A stretch of DNA of 64,000 nucleotides. It comes from a virus. Taxonomy: Duplodnaviria > Caudoviricetes. Position 1 is the stretch's first letter; the number at the start of each line of letters is the position of its first letter. This document shows, in pieces, positions 38,425-46,608 of this stretch. The position numbers and the translations under genes are program-made. The notes beneath the pieces are model-generated. The model had not been told where the DNA came from and did not search any database. It saw nothing but the letters and a program-made list of their open reading frames with translations. Location of the stretch: IMG/VR virus record IMGVR_UViG_3300032270_001445, positions 21,239-85,238 of that record; one strand, written 5' to 3'.

Positions 38425-38540
38425 ACAGCCTCCTTACTCCTTCGCCCAAGTCGGGCTTACGCAATCTTACAACCTATCTAGTTCTGGTGTCAAGGGTTCT
38501 ATCCCAGATAGCCGCCGCTATCTGGGGACGAACCTAATAA

Positions 38541-38750
38541 TCACTTCTTCCAGTCTTCTGGAACTTCACGCCAAGTTTCGCCGCCATTGTCGCAATCCGA
38601 TGAATAGATGTCGCACTCTTGACACCAGACCACAAAGCAGTCCTCTGCGTGTCCAGAGATTTCACAATCAGACCATAACCAATGCGCGTCCCTCTTGTCC
38701 GTCGGGCAGTCGCAGGGCTTTCGTTCAGATGTAGGGAATAAGCGACTCAC
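38541..38750 (-). CDS. Cys-rich protein
   Basis: GTGA overlap; WCQEC. Confidence 0.55.
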   Translation of the reverse strand: MSRLFPTSERKPCDCPTDKRDAHWLWSDCEISGHAEDCFVVWCQECDIYSSDCDNGGETWREVPEDWKK

Positions 38751-39196
38751 AGGACTTCGCAACCTTTTAGGTCAGCGCATAGCGCAAGGAACTCCTGCCA
38801 CTCTCGGATAAGCCCAAGCCAACTTTTCGCCTCATCGGAGGGGTCAGCCCTGTCTGCGTCAGACGAGTATGTATTCGCCTTGATGAGATCACTCATTATC
38901 ACGATGATCTCATCGTCGCCCATTGAGGCAATCTTTTCGGATAGTTGGCGGCATTGGTAGTTCTTGATCACATCGCCGCTATTGTCCACGAGGCTTTCGT
39001 TCACATCGTCAAGCCCGATGGCTTCGTGGAAATCACGCAACATCGGCATACCCCAAATGTTCAGACGGAAGTAGATCGTATCGGGAGCCTTCTCCGCATA
39101 CGAGCCGTCCTCGTCAATCCACATTGAGCGGTACTTCTTTGCGTGAGCAGCCGCAGCCTCGCGGTCAGGTAGCAGCGAGTAAATGTCGTAGCCCAT
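38747..39196 (-). CDS. Hypothetical protein (MGYD...YFRLNIWGM type)
   Basis: AAGGAGG RBS. Confidence 0.7.
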   Translation of the reverse strand: MGYDIYSLLPDREAAAAHAKKYRSMWIDEDGSYAEKAPDTIYFRLNIWGMPMLRDFHEAIGLDDVNESLVDNSGDVIKNYQCRQLSEKIASMGDDEIIVIMSDLIKANTYSSDADRADPSDEAKSWLGLIREWQEFLALCADLKGCEVL

Positions 39197-39320
39197 TTCA
39201 TACCTCCTTACGCCTCACTCCAAGCGGAGCCTCATCATTGTAAGACCGCGCTAGTTATTCTGTCAAGGGGTTCTATCCCAAGAGGCGGCGGCCTCTTGGG
39301 GCAGAACTAATTAACCTTGC

Positions 39321-39794
39321 TTAGTAGATTTGGTTGGTTGTGTATCCGCACGCCATACAGACGGGCGCAGAGCAGCCCTCTGGGTTTTCGCCCGTGTCTA
39401 CGCCTTCATCTGGGTCGCACACGCCACACGGAGCATAATCAACATCTCGGCACAGGCACTCACTAACTGAATCTCGCGGTATGTCGTTGTAGTGTCGGTG
39501 CCAGTTTGCTTCATCTTCTCGCGTTAGCGCGCTGATCAAGCACTCTGGATTAAAGCACCAGCCGTTATCTCGCGCCTCCTTATCCGACATAAGTGGCGGG
39601 TGAAACTCACACTCGCAAGGAGCGCAGTCCAAGCAGAATACTAAGTAGCCTTCTGGCACGCCCTTCTCGTACTGATCAAAGTCAAGAACATCAAACCGCG
39701 TGTTCGGCTCGCCGTTCCAAGTCCCGATGACCTTCTCGTCTGCGTAGAAGATCGGAGCCGAGCAACGCGTACAAGCGTGAAGTTCACCGCTCAT
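39321..39794 (-). CDS. Multi-CxxC protein
   Basis: CTRC, CLDC, CGVC, CMAC. Confidence 0.65.
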   Translation of the reverse strand: MSGELHACTRCSAPIFYADEKVIGTWNGEPNTRFDVLDFDQYEKGVPEGYLVFCLDCAPCECEFHPPLMSDKEARDNGWCFNPECLISALTREDEANWHRHYNDIPRDSVSECLCRDVDYAPCGVCDPDEGVDTGENPEGCSAPVCMACGYTTNQIY

Positions 39795-39960
39795 CTGTAA
39801 TCTCCTCCGTGCTCCATACGATTGTTTCTGGGGTCGTGTCCCACGGCGCAGGTTCCTCGGAAGCAGTCCACGCCTTCTGCTCTGCCTCCTGCTTGCTATC
39901 GGCTTCTACCTCAAACTCCCGATAGCCTGTGTTCTGTAATACAACAATCCACTTACTCAT
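39784..39960 (-). CDS. DpnD/PcfM-like small protein
   Basis: YREFEVEADSKQEAEQKA. Confidence 0.6.
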   Translation of the reverse strand: MSKWIVVLQNTGYREFEVEADSKQEAEQKAWTASEEPAPWDTTPETIVWSTEEITDER

Positions 39961-40264
39961 TTTCGTCCTCGTCATCTGCGCCCTGCTCAATGAGGGAAAT
40001 GAATCCGTCATTAGGGTTTGCGTGATTCGTGCGAACTGCCTGAACGAAGCGCAAGCCGCAAGAGTCCGCGTACCAGTCCTGAATCGTTGCGAGCATTTCG
40101 CTTGGCGTGAGATCATCTGCGGATAGAAGCGGGTCGTATCCGTACTCCTTCATCTGAGCCATCTGCTCATCGTCCATCAAGACATAAATCTTGTGGCATT
40201 GGTCAAAGCCGATTCCCTTTGCCATCTCAACCGCAACCTCTACCTTGTCCCAACTAGCAGCCAT
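39953..40264 (-). CDS. Hypothetical protein
   Basis: AAGGAGG RBS; FDQCHKIYVLMD...SCGLRF. Confidence 0.7.
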   Translation of the reverse strand: MAASWDKVEVAVEMAKGIGFDQCHKIYVLMDDEQMAQMKEYGYDPLLSADDLTPSEMLATIQDWYADSCGLRFVQAVRTNHANPNDGFISLIEQGADDEDENE

Positions 40265-40427
40265 CACAACCTCCTTATTTCCCAACGGCAAGTGCCGTCT
40301 AGTGGATTGTCCCATACCCGCGTACCAGCCGTCAAGCGTTCTATCCCAAGTAGCGGCGGCTACTTGGGGACGAACCTAATAAATAAGCCGCCCCCGAAGG
40401 GACGGCTTATTTGCATGCGACTAACGA

Positions 40428-40970
40428 TTACGCTGGTACTTCTTGCTTCGCAGCCTCTTCCTTTGTGATCTTGCCGCTGCGAATCGCATCGCGGAGAGCG
40501 ATGTGCTCGCCCCAAGTGATCGCGTCCTGCTCTGGGTTCTCCTTCTCCGCGTGTCGGAGTTCACGCAATCCCTCTTCCTCCATACGCTCCATCACGCGCT
40601 TGCGCCAAGCCCCTGCCGTCTCGTATGAGGCGTTGGTGTTCAGCCCGATGTGATTCACGAGATCGGCTCGCGTAATCATGCGTGGCTCCCACTTGATGTT
40701 GCCGTCGCTCTCGTATCCAGCAAACACCACCATCTTGCTAATCCAGTCAATGTGATAAGCAAGGGCAAGACGCTTCTCCCACTCGTCAATGTTTCCTTCG
40801 GTAATCTCATTGAGTCCGATGCTCATCGTCAGCCAGACGATGTTGTCGGTGATTGGGTGCGTGTATTCATTGCCTCGGATCACGCCATCAAATGTGCGCG
40901 TCTTTACGGCGGTGAAGTAGCAGATGTCGTCTGAGTTCTTTACTTCGCGTACTGACCAGTTCAGCGGCAT
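40428..40970 (-). CDS. Hypothetical protein
   Basis: AAGGAGG RBS; IGLNEITE. Confidence 0.7.
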   Translation of the reverse strand: MPLNWSVREVKNSDDICYFTAVKTRTFDGVIRGNEYTHPITDNIVWLTMSIGLNEITEGNIDEWEKRLALAYHIDWISKMVVFAGYESDGNIKWEPRMITRADLVNHIGLNTNASYETAGAWRKRVMERMEEEGLRELRHAEKENPEQDAITWGEHIALRDAIRSGKITKEEAAKQEVPA

Positions 40971-40979
40971 AGAGCCTCC

Positions 40980-41207
40980 TTACTTCTTCTTGGTGGCGCG
41001 CTTTGCGCCAGACTCACGGATCGCCTTTTCCAGTTTCGCCGTGCGCTTATCGGCGTGATGGCTGCTGATGACGAAGAACGCCCAGATCGTTGCTGGAATC
41101 CAGCCGATCAAGGTGAACTGAAGAATCAGCGCGATGATCGCCTGAAACCATTTGCCAGCAGCCAGAAACCCGAACGCTGGAAAGAGCAACGCTAACAGGT
41201 ACTTCAT
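40980..41207 (-). CDS. YqaE/Pmp3-like membrane proteolipid
   Basis: LLALLFP...LIGWIPATIWAF. Confidence 0.65.
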   Translation of the reverse strand: MKYLLALLFPAFGFLAAGKWFQAIIALILQFTLIGWIPATIWAFFVISSHHADKRTAKLEKAIRESGAKRATKKK

Positions 41208-41402
41208 TTCCTACCTCCTTACTCGTTATCGGGAAGTCCCGATAGATGGATTTTCTCACAGGTACTAGCGACCTGTCAAGCGTTCTATCCCTCATGGCCG
41301 CCGCCATGAGGGGGCGAACCTAATAAATAAGCCCCGCCGTTTCCAGCAGGGCTTATCTACACTTGGGCTGGGCGCTGTGATTGTACCCAGCCCAGAATCT
41401 AA

Positions 41403-42239
41403 TCAGCCTCCGACAACACCTCCGAAATGCTCATCACAGAAAGACTCGTACTCGGTCATCGGCACTTTGTCGTAATCACGCTCGCCCCACTCAATCTTGC
41501 CGTTCTCATCTTTGAGCCAAGCGTCGTCCCCGATGTCCTCTGCGCTGTATTCCATACGCGAGGCTTCTTGACCACCCTCGTAGACAACCTGACCAGCGAA
41601 GCCCATACCGCCCTCGCAATAGCGATGGGTAATGGTGAGCATTGGAAACTGCTCCGCAAGCGCGGCGATCAACGGCTCAACAGGAGCCCACGCCGTATCA
41701 AAGTTGTACGAGGTTTGACCCGCCACCATTCCGTCAGCGTTGTCTACTCGGTCGTTCCACGCTTCGCTTGCGCTCCACTTGGAACCCCAGTTCTCAACAT
41801 TCCAGTTGTACCACCAGTCTGGGTGATTGGCGTTTCTTGGTACGAAATGTTCTGGGCAAAGTTCCGTGCCGCCAAACTCTGAATCAACAAACCCACGAAG
41901 TGTTGATGTGTCTGGCGTGCCGCGGACAATCGCCTTGCCATTGACCTGACGCTCGTGCTGGTAGACCATCTCCTTTACTTCCTCGCCGTCCACATTGCGA
42001 ACTTGCTCGGTCTTTGGAAGGTCGGTAAGTTCCACCCACTTATCCTTACAGCCGCATTGGAAATCATTCTGCCCTTCGTTGATCGTGTAGAACTTGCTGG
42101 TCGGCGGCGGCAGAATCTTTGCGAAGGAGAATACATCGTCTTCGTTCGTACTCGTGTCGCCCTTGACGAAATCAACAAGCCTTGCGACATCTACCTCGTC
42201 GCCGCTAATGTCCACTTGGTTCACGCACCAGTTAGGCAT
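41403..42239 (-). CDS. YubB/DUF1281-like ferredoxin-domain protein
   Basis: MPNWCVN...WYNWNVENWGSKW...FDTAWAP...YCEGGMGFAG. Confidence 0.8.
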   Translation of the reverse strand: MPNWCVNQVDISGDEVDVARLVDFVKGDTSTNEDDVFSFAKILPPPTSKFYTINEGQNDFQCGCKDKWVELTDLPKTEQVRNVDGEEVKEMVYQHERQVNGKAIVRGTPDTSTLRGFVDSEFGGTELCPEHFVPRNANHPDWWYNWNVENWGSKWSASEAWNDRVDNADGMVAGQTSYNFDTAWAPVEPLIAALAEQFPMLTITHRYCEGGMGFAGQVVYEGGQEASRMEYSAEDIGDDAWLKDENGKIEWGERDYDKVPMTEYESFCDEHFGGVVGG

Positions 42240-42382
42240 CTTCTTTACCTCCTTGTATCACAGACAGGGAAGCCCCTGCCGTTAGATTGTAAGCCAGATT
42301 ATAGCCAGCCGTCAAATAGCCCACCTTCGGTTCTATCCCACATGACCGCCGTCATGTGGGGCCGAACTTAATAAATAACGAT

Positions 42383-42715
42383 TTAGCGATCGAAGGACAT
42401 TGCGCTAACTCCGTCAGGGGTCATAACCACATGTCCACCCTCTACGAAGATTCTTCCACCATCGTTCGCTTCATCATCAGATGAAATAACAAGGGAATAA
42501 CGCTTGCCGCCCTGCTCTACGAATAAAACTGGCATGTAAGGGTCAGCACCGCCATCGCCTAACACCGTGCCGCCAATAATCGTTGCGCCAATAAGCGGCT
42601 CAACCATCTCTGTCCGAAGGTAGTGCCGCTCAATCTGGTCGCGGCTCAATCCGCTTCGCTCCTTGACTAACTGATCTCTGCTGCTCAATAACTGCGCGAT
42701 CGTTTCGATTGCCAT
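42383..42715 (-). CDS. Hypothetical protein
   Basis: AGGAGG RBS; SSDDEANDGG. Confidence 0.65.
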   Translation of the reverse strand: MAIETIAQLLSSRDQLVKERSGLSRDQIERHYLRTEMVEPLIGATIIGGTVLGDGGADPYMPVLFVEQGGKRYSLVISSDDEANDGGRIFVEGGHVVMTPDGVSAMSFDR

Positions 42716-42892
42716 AACCTAACCTCCTTGACTCCTTCGGCTAACTGCCGTGGGAGCATTATAAGGTTGCCCATAACGATCTGTCAAGCCCTAAGCTCGG
42801 GTTCGACCCTCGCGTCTGCGGACGCTCGGCTCGCACAAATAACAACTCCTGTCAAGTCCTCCCCAAAAGATCAAATAACCACGAATGCCAGT

Positions 42893-42921
42893 TTGACGGC
42901 TCACTTGGCAAGCCTTACAAT
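42893..42921 (+). promoter_or_regulatory. sigma70 promoter driving the 43-45 kb operon (divergent from the - array)
   Basis: TTGACG-17-TACAAT. Confidence 0.75.
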
Positions 42922-42963
42922 GCCCCATAGCGCAGGAAGTTCCTGCCGTAGTAAGGAGGTCGT

Positions 42964-43142
42964 ATGGGTTCATACCGCTATGTTCGGGCACGAAGGGTGC
43001 GAAGGCGATACTCGTGGATTGCTGGTATCGCAATCTTCTTTGGTTTGTAATGGAAGAGTTGGTGTTCTGGCAGATCGTTGCGATCGTTATCGTGGCACTG
43101 CTACAAGGAGCGTTATACGCGATAGGAGGAATCTTCTCATGA
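42964..43142 (+). CDS. Two small membrane peptides (42964-43050, 43050-43142)
   Basis: AAGGAGG RBS; TAATG coupling; hydrophobic. Confidence 0.45.
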
Positions 43143-43381
43143 AGCGATACAGAGTGTATATTCAGAAGGTTGATGATTTCGTTGCCGAGTTGTCTTATGA
43201 GGACGATGAGTTGACTGACCTCAGCCACGATGAACTTCTTGCCGCGGCTGCTAACGATGTATCGGAGCAGGGTCTTGGCGAGTGGAACTTCATGCAAAGC
43301 GATACGACCGCTCTGTCTGTCTGCGAGATTCTCGAAGACGGCACTGAGGGTGAGGTATGGGAAATCAACACGGAGGTATGA
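43139..43381 (+). CDS. Acidic hypothetical protein
   Basis: AGGAGG RBS, ATGA overlap. Confidence 0.6.
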   Translation: MKRYRVYIQKVDDFVAELSYEDDELTDLSHDELLAAAANDVSEQGLGEWNFMQSDTTALSVCEILEDGTEGEVWEINTEV

Positions 43382-43773
43382 GTATGTGGGAGTTGATTCA
43401 CGACGAGAGCATTACCGCAAACGAGAACATGTCGATCTGGTACAAGGAAACTGAAAACCTTGACAAGTCGATCTTGTTCGAAGTAAACAAGCAGGGTCTT
43501 AGCATTGGGTATTACCACACAGCATTCGACGCGTTTGACGACCGCTTCCCCGCGGCAGCGATCTGCTACGGCTGGGATGTGATCCAGATGGAGTCAGGCG
43601 AGAAGGACGGCTTCCTTAGTCGGGTAGCCGATAGTGATGACATTGCCCACGCGATCGCCTGCGACCACGACTTCACCTGCGAGGAGATCTTCCACGCAGC
43701 GGCGGTCTTATTGGATAATGAGGAGTGCGAGGGCTGTGAGCCATGCTCCCGCTACGGAAAGAAGGAGGAATAA
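43378..43773 (+). CDS. Acidic hypothetical protein
   Basis: GGAGG RBS. Confidence 0.6.
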   Translation: MSMWELIHDESITANENMSIWYKETENLDKSILFEVNKQGLSIGYYHTAFDAFDDRFPAAAICYGWDVIQMESGEKDGFLSRVADSDDIAHAIACDHDFTCEEIFHAAAVLLDNEECEGCEPCSRYGKKEE

Positions 43774-43886
43774 TGGACTTCATTAAGGGGTTAGTTCTTA
43801 TCGTTGCCGTCGTTGCGGTCAATGTCGCGTGGGTCGCTGCCCTTGTCTGGGTGGCAGCCCAAGTCATCAAGTCGGTGTTCGCATGA
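43773..43886 (+). CDS. 37-aa TM peptide
   Basis: MDFIKGLVLIVAVVAVNVAWVAALVWVAAQVIKSVFA. Confidence 0.55.
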   Translation: MDFIKGLVLIVAVVAVNVAWVAALVWVAAQVIKSVFA

Positions 43887-44071
43887 AGTACACCGTGAAG
43901 GTACTCTTCCCTTTCTACCTCGACGTTGAGGTGGAGGAGAAGGATCTCCCGACGGCACGGATCGAGGCGATGAAGATCGCCACGCAGACACCGATCGATG
44001 ATTGGAGAGGCGACCTATTGGAGGTCTACGAAACGGAGTGGGTGGAAGATGGCATCCACACCATCATTTAG
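43883..44071 (+). CDS. DpnD/PcfM-like small protein
   Basis: MKYTVKV...VEVEEKDLPTARIEA. Confidence 0.55.
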   Translation: MKYTVKVLFPFYLDVEVEEKDLPTARIEAMKIATQTPIDDWRGDLLEVYETEWVEDGIHTII

Positions 44072-44083
44072 TTAGGAGGTTGT

Positions 44084-44395
44084 ATGTTGATTCATAAGAC
44101 GTGTGCTTTATCAGAAGCCCCAGAGGGGGAGCAGCGACGAGGGGTCTACTTCCTTGGCAATGTGTCAATGTCATTTGATCTGACAGGCACGCCAAGCGGG
44201 ATGGGCGGCGTACAGATCGGTATCGCCAATGACTACTCATTGGGCGACGGCGGTTCCTACATCTCGTCGATTGAGTGCTATGACTGTGGGAAGACGGTCA
44301 ATGAGTTTGTCGGTGATATCGAGCCCTACAAGTTGGAGCGCATCCTTGACGTGGACGCTGACCAGTACGACTTGGTGGAAGACGATGGCAAGTGA
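44084..44395 (+). CDS. Hypothetical Zn-ribbon protein
   Basis: AGGAGG RBS; ECYDCG. Confidence 0.6.
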   Translation: MLIHKTCALSEAPEGEQRRGVYFLGNVSMSFDLTGTPSGMGGVQIGIANDYSLGDGGSYISSIECYDCGKTVNEFVGDIEPYKLERILDVDADQYDLVEDDGK

Positions 44396-44603
44396 ACACA
44401 AGGGACACGAGATAGAGGTTGGGGTATACGGCCCCGACCTCGCTCGCAATGATCAATTACTATTCGACCACAGCGGCATACACAACCTTGCGTTGGAATG
44501 CCTTGACTGTTCGGAAGTAATCGTGGACTATGACATCACAGGGCAGATGACCGTCGCCGTGGCGCGCAATCTGATCTCTGACGCAATCAAGGAGATCCTA
44601 TGA
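44385..44603 (+). CDS. Small Zn-binding protein
   Basis: HKGHEIEV...LALECLDCSEVI. Confidence 0.6.
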   Translation: MASEHKGHEIEVGVYGPDLARNDQLLFDHSGIHNLALECLDCSEVIVDYDITGQMTVAVARNLISDAIKEIL

Positions 44604-44986
44604 CCGATCACCGTGCCAACCAGCAGAAGTTTCTCTCCCGAGTCGAGGGCTGGGCAGAGAAGTTGGAGTTCACCAAGAAGGATCTATATCGGCACATTGG
44701 CGCGCTCTACGGGAAGCCACACAACTGGGTGGAGAGCCGCCAGCGCGGTGCGGTACACGCCAGTAAGGAGGATATTGAGTGGATGATCTGGGCGGAGAAG
44801 AACGACACCACACCGATCACCAGCCGACCAGAGCAATACGCCTGCTACGACTGCGAGGAGATGCTTCTTGGCAAGCCCTACTTCACGATGATCCCAGCGC
44901 GGGGGGAAGACCCAGGCGCGTTCCTCTGCCCGCAATGTTTCAAGGGACTAGAAGCGAAGGGCTACACCCCTGACATTATCGAATAA
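44600..44986 (+). CDS. HTH-like plus CxxC..CxxC protein
   Basis: CYDC, CPQC. Confidence 0.6.
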   Translation: MTDHRANQQKFLSRVEGWAEKLEFTKKDLYRHIGALYGKPHNWVESRQRGAVHASKEDIEWMIWAEKNDTTPITSRPEQYACYDCEEMLLGKPYFTMIPARGEDPGAFLCPQCFKGLEAKGYTPDIIE

Positions 44987-45183
44987 GAACTAACCTGTTT
45001 TGGTGGCTAGGAGCCACGCAGATTCCCAACCCGCCTCTGGACACCAGGGTGCGGGTTTTCTGTTGCCAGCGTGGCGCAAATCGGGGAGCCAGCCTGTTCT
45101 ATCCCACGACCCCAGGCAATAACTCTCTGGTTCTATCCCACAAGCCCGCGCAATAACCCAAACTTGCATAACTCGGCCGGATG

Positions 45184-45259
45184 TGGTAGGGACGCCTGGA
45201 CTCGAACCAGGAACCGCTGAGATATAAGCTCAGTGCTCTAACCGTTGAGCTACGTCCCC
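45184..45259 (-). tRNA. tRNA-Ile(UAU), CCA encoded
   Basis: GGGGACG TAGCTCAACGGTTAGAGC A CTGAG-CTTATAT-CTCAG ... GGTTCGAGTCC ... CGTCCCT A CCA (76 nt). Confidence 0.92.
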
Positions 45260-45281
45260 CTATATGCAGGATGAATAACTA

Positions 45282-45509
45282 TTATGCATCCTTAGAATAA
45301 CCCTCATCCTCTGCCCGTGCCTGCTCCCTCCTGCGCCGGAGCCGATTCTGAAGATCATCCAATCTTATGCGCGTGGAGATATCCGTCAGGCACCGGAGGC
45401 AGACCAGGAATATTGGACGAACTTCATCCTCCTGTTCGTACACACGGGTGAGCTCCTGGCAATAATTGCACATGCCAAGCACTTTGTTGTTATCCACCAT
45501 ATGGGCCAC
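45282..45509 (-). CDS. Zn-finger microprotein
   Basis: CNYC...CLRC. Confidence 0.5.
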   Translation of the reverse strand: MAHMVDNNKVLGMCNYCQELTRVYEQEDEVRPIFLVCLRCLTDISTRIRLDDLQNRLRRRREQARAEDEGYSKDA

Positions 45510-45656
45510 CGTAATAACTCTGCATTACGGGAGGATACACCATGAATGAGCGTGAGGGTTTTGAGGAGGGATTCGGTCGGGGGGTGCGCAAGGTGTTTTA
45601 CGCCTTCCACCCCTCCCACAACAATATCATCCTTTATGGGCTCTCACAATAACCCG

Positions 45657-45698
45657 TTATGCACATTTGATCTCATTTATCCACAACGCTGTGCATAA
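45657..45698. promoter_or_regulatory. DnaA-box cluster
   Basis: TTATGCACA 45657, TTATCCACA 45677 (perfect), TGTGCATAA 45690 (inverted). Confidence 0.55.
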
Positions 45699-45709
45699 AC
45701 AGCAAATCA

Positions 45710-46015
45710 CTAACCCTGAGAAATAATCCCCACATGCACCGTTTCTCCATCGGGTATCACGCCAGATTGCAGGGTTTGACGCATCGCTACATGCTCACTC
45801 GTAAAACACTCCGTCCCCGCTGCGTTGCCACATTCACACTCGCACACCCGTGCTGCGTGCAGTGCAAGCACCGTCCTGAGCTTCCCCTCTTTCCACTGGC
45901 TGTATGCCTGCTCTAGAGACATCCGTTCAACCTCGGAGTGTTCTCGTTGATTCTCGAGCATGCCGATCACCCTATCCTTCTCCTTCTTGGGATACCGTGA
46001 CCCCTTCTGGATCAC
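45710..46015 (-). CDS. Hypothetical protein
   Basis: ORF; CECECG. Confidence 0.45.
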   Translation of the reverse strand: MIQKGSRYPKKEKDRVIGMLENQREHSEVERMSLEQAYSQWKEGKLRTVLALHAARVCECECGNAAGTECFTSEHVAMRQTLQSGVIPDGETVHVGIISQG

Positions 46016-46155
46016 TATATGTTTCTATTGCCTCTAGTGTCAAATGCCCCTTTGGGCGTGCCCCTCGCTTCGCTCGGGTCGGGCTCTCGCGCTGCGCGTC
46101 AAGCCTCGCTGCGGCGAGTCTTTCCCCTACGGGCTTCGATCCCTCACGTGCTTCG

Positions 46156-46608
46156 CTACATAGAGAACACATGTCGTCCCTCCAGTCTTCCCTCATGCAT
46201 CCAATCACGCGCAACCTTCATGAACTCTGGGTATCGCACTGCGGCGGCGCCAGCCTCGCGCTCATAGTCATCCTCTGGCAGATACTTTCGTAAGAGGTAG
46301 AGGTAGGTAAACGACCACTTACTCCCGTGGTGCTCCATCGCCCAAAGGTGCGCAAGTTCGTGTAGGGCGACAGCCCTGCTGTTCTCGCACAGCGTCACTC
46401 GGCGCTGAAGATAGTTGGATGTCCCCATCTCGTGATGTCCGCCGTCGTGGTCTGGTGTGTCCTCGTGATAGTGCAGCACGACCGTGTCGAGGTCAACCTT
46501 GTTCTGTTCGGCAACAAGGGTAATAAAGTCAACCGTTTCTTTCCACGACAGAAAGAACTCCTCTGGGTTCCTCGGCATGTCCGAGGCTATGACCACTGGG
46601 GGGTTCAC
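46156..46608 (-). CDS. Putative zincin metallopeptidase (SprT-like)
   Basis: ALHELAHLW...HHGSKW. Confidence 0.65.
   Translation of the reverse strand: MNPPVVIASDMPRNPEEFFLSWKETVDFITLVAEQNKVDLDTVVLHYHEDTPDHDGGHHEMGTSNYLQRRVTLCENSRAVALHELAHLWAMEHHGSKWSFTYLYLLRKYLPEDDYEREAGAAAVRYPEFMKVARDWMHEGRLEGRHVFSM

Larger units (their letters stand above)
32951..42787 (-). promoter_or_regulatory. Series of sigma70 promoters TTGAC(A/G)-17/18-TA(G/C/T)(T/A)AT
   Basis: e.g. 32980>32951 TTGACA-18-TAGTAT; 33438 TTGACA-18-TAGTAT; 34326 TTGACG-17-TAGAAT; 35432 TTGACG-18-TACAAT; 36664 TTGACA-18-TAGTAT; 37806 TTGACG-17-TACAAT; 42787 TTGACA-18-TATAAT. Confidence 0.85.
32569..42830 (-). repeat. Array of 16 (+1 degenerate) palindromic cassette elements, almost all fused to a sigma70 promoter
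   Basis: + strand consensus YGTCAA-N-GTTCTATCCC-[~10-bp stem/4-nt centre]-GGGNNGAAC-NTAATAAA; GTTC at 32569, 32983, 33441, 34012, 34329, 34949, 35436, 35897, 36356, 36678, 37807, 38496, 39270, 40338, 41282, 42330, (42801). Confidence 0.92.
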
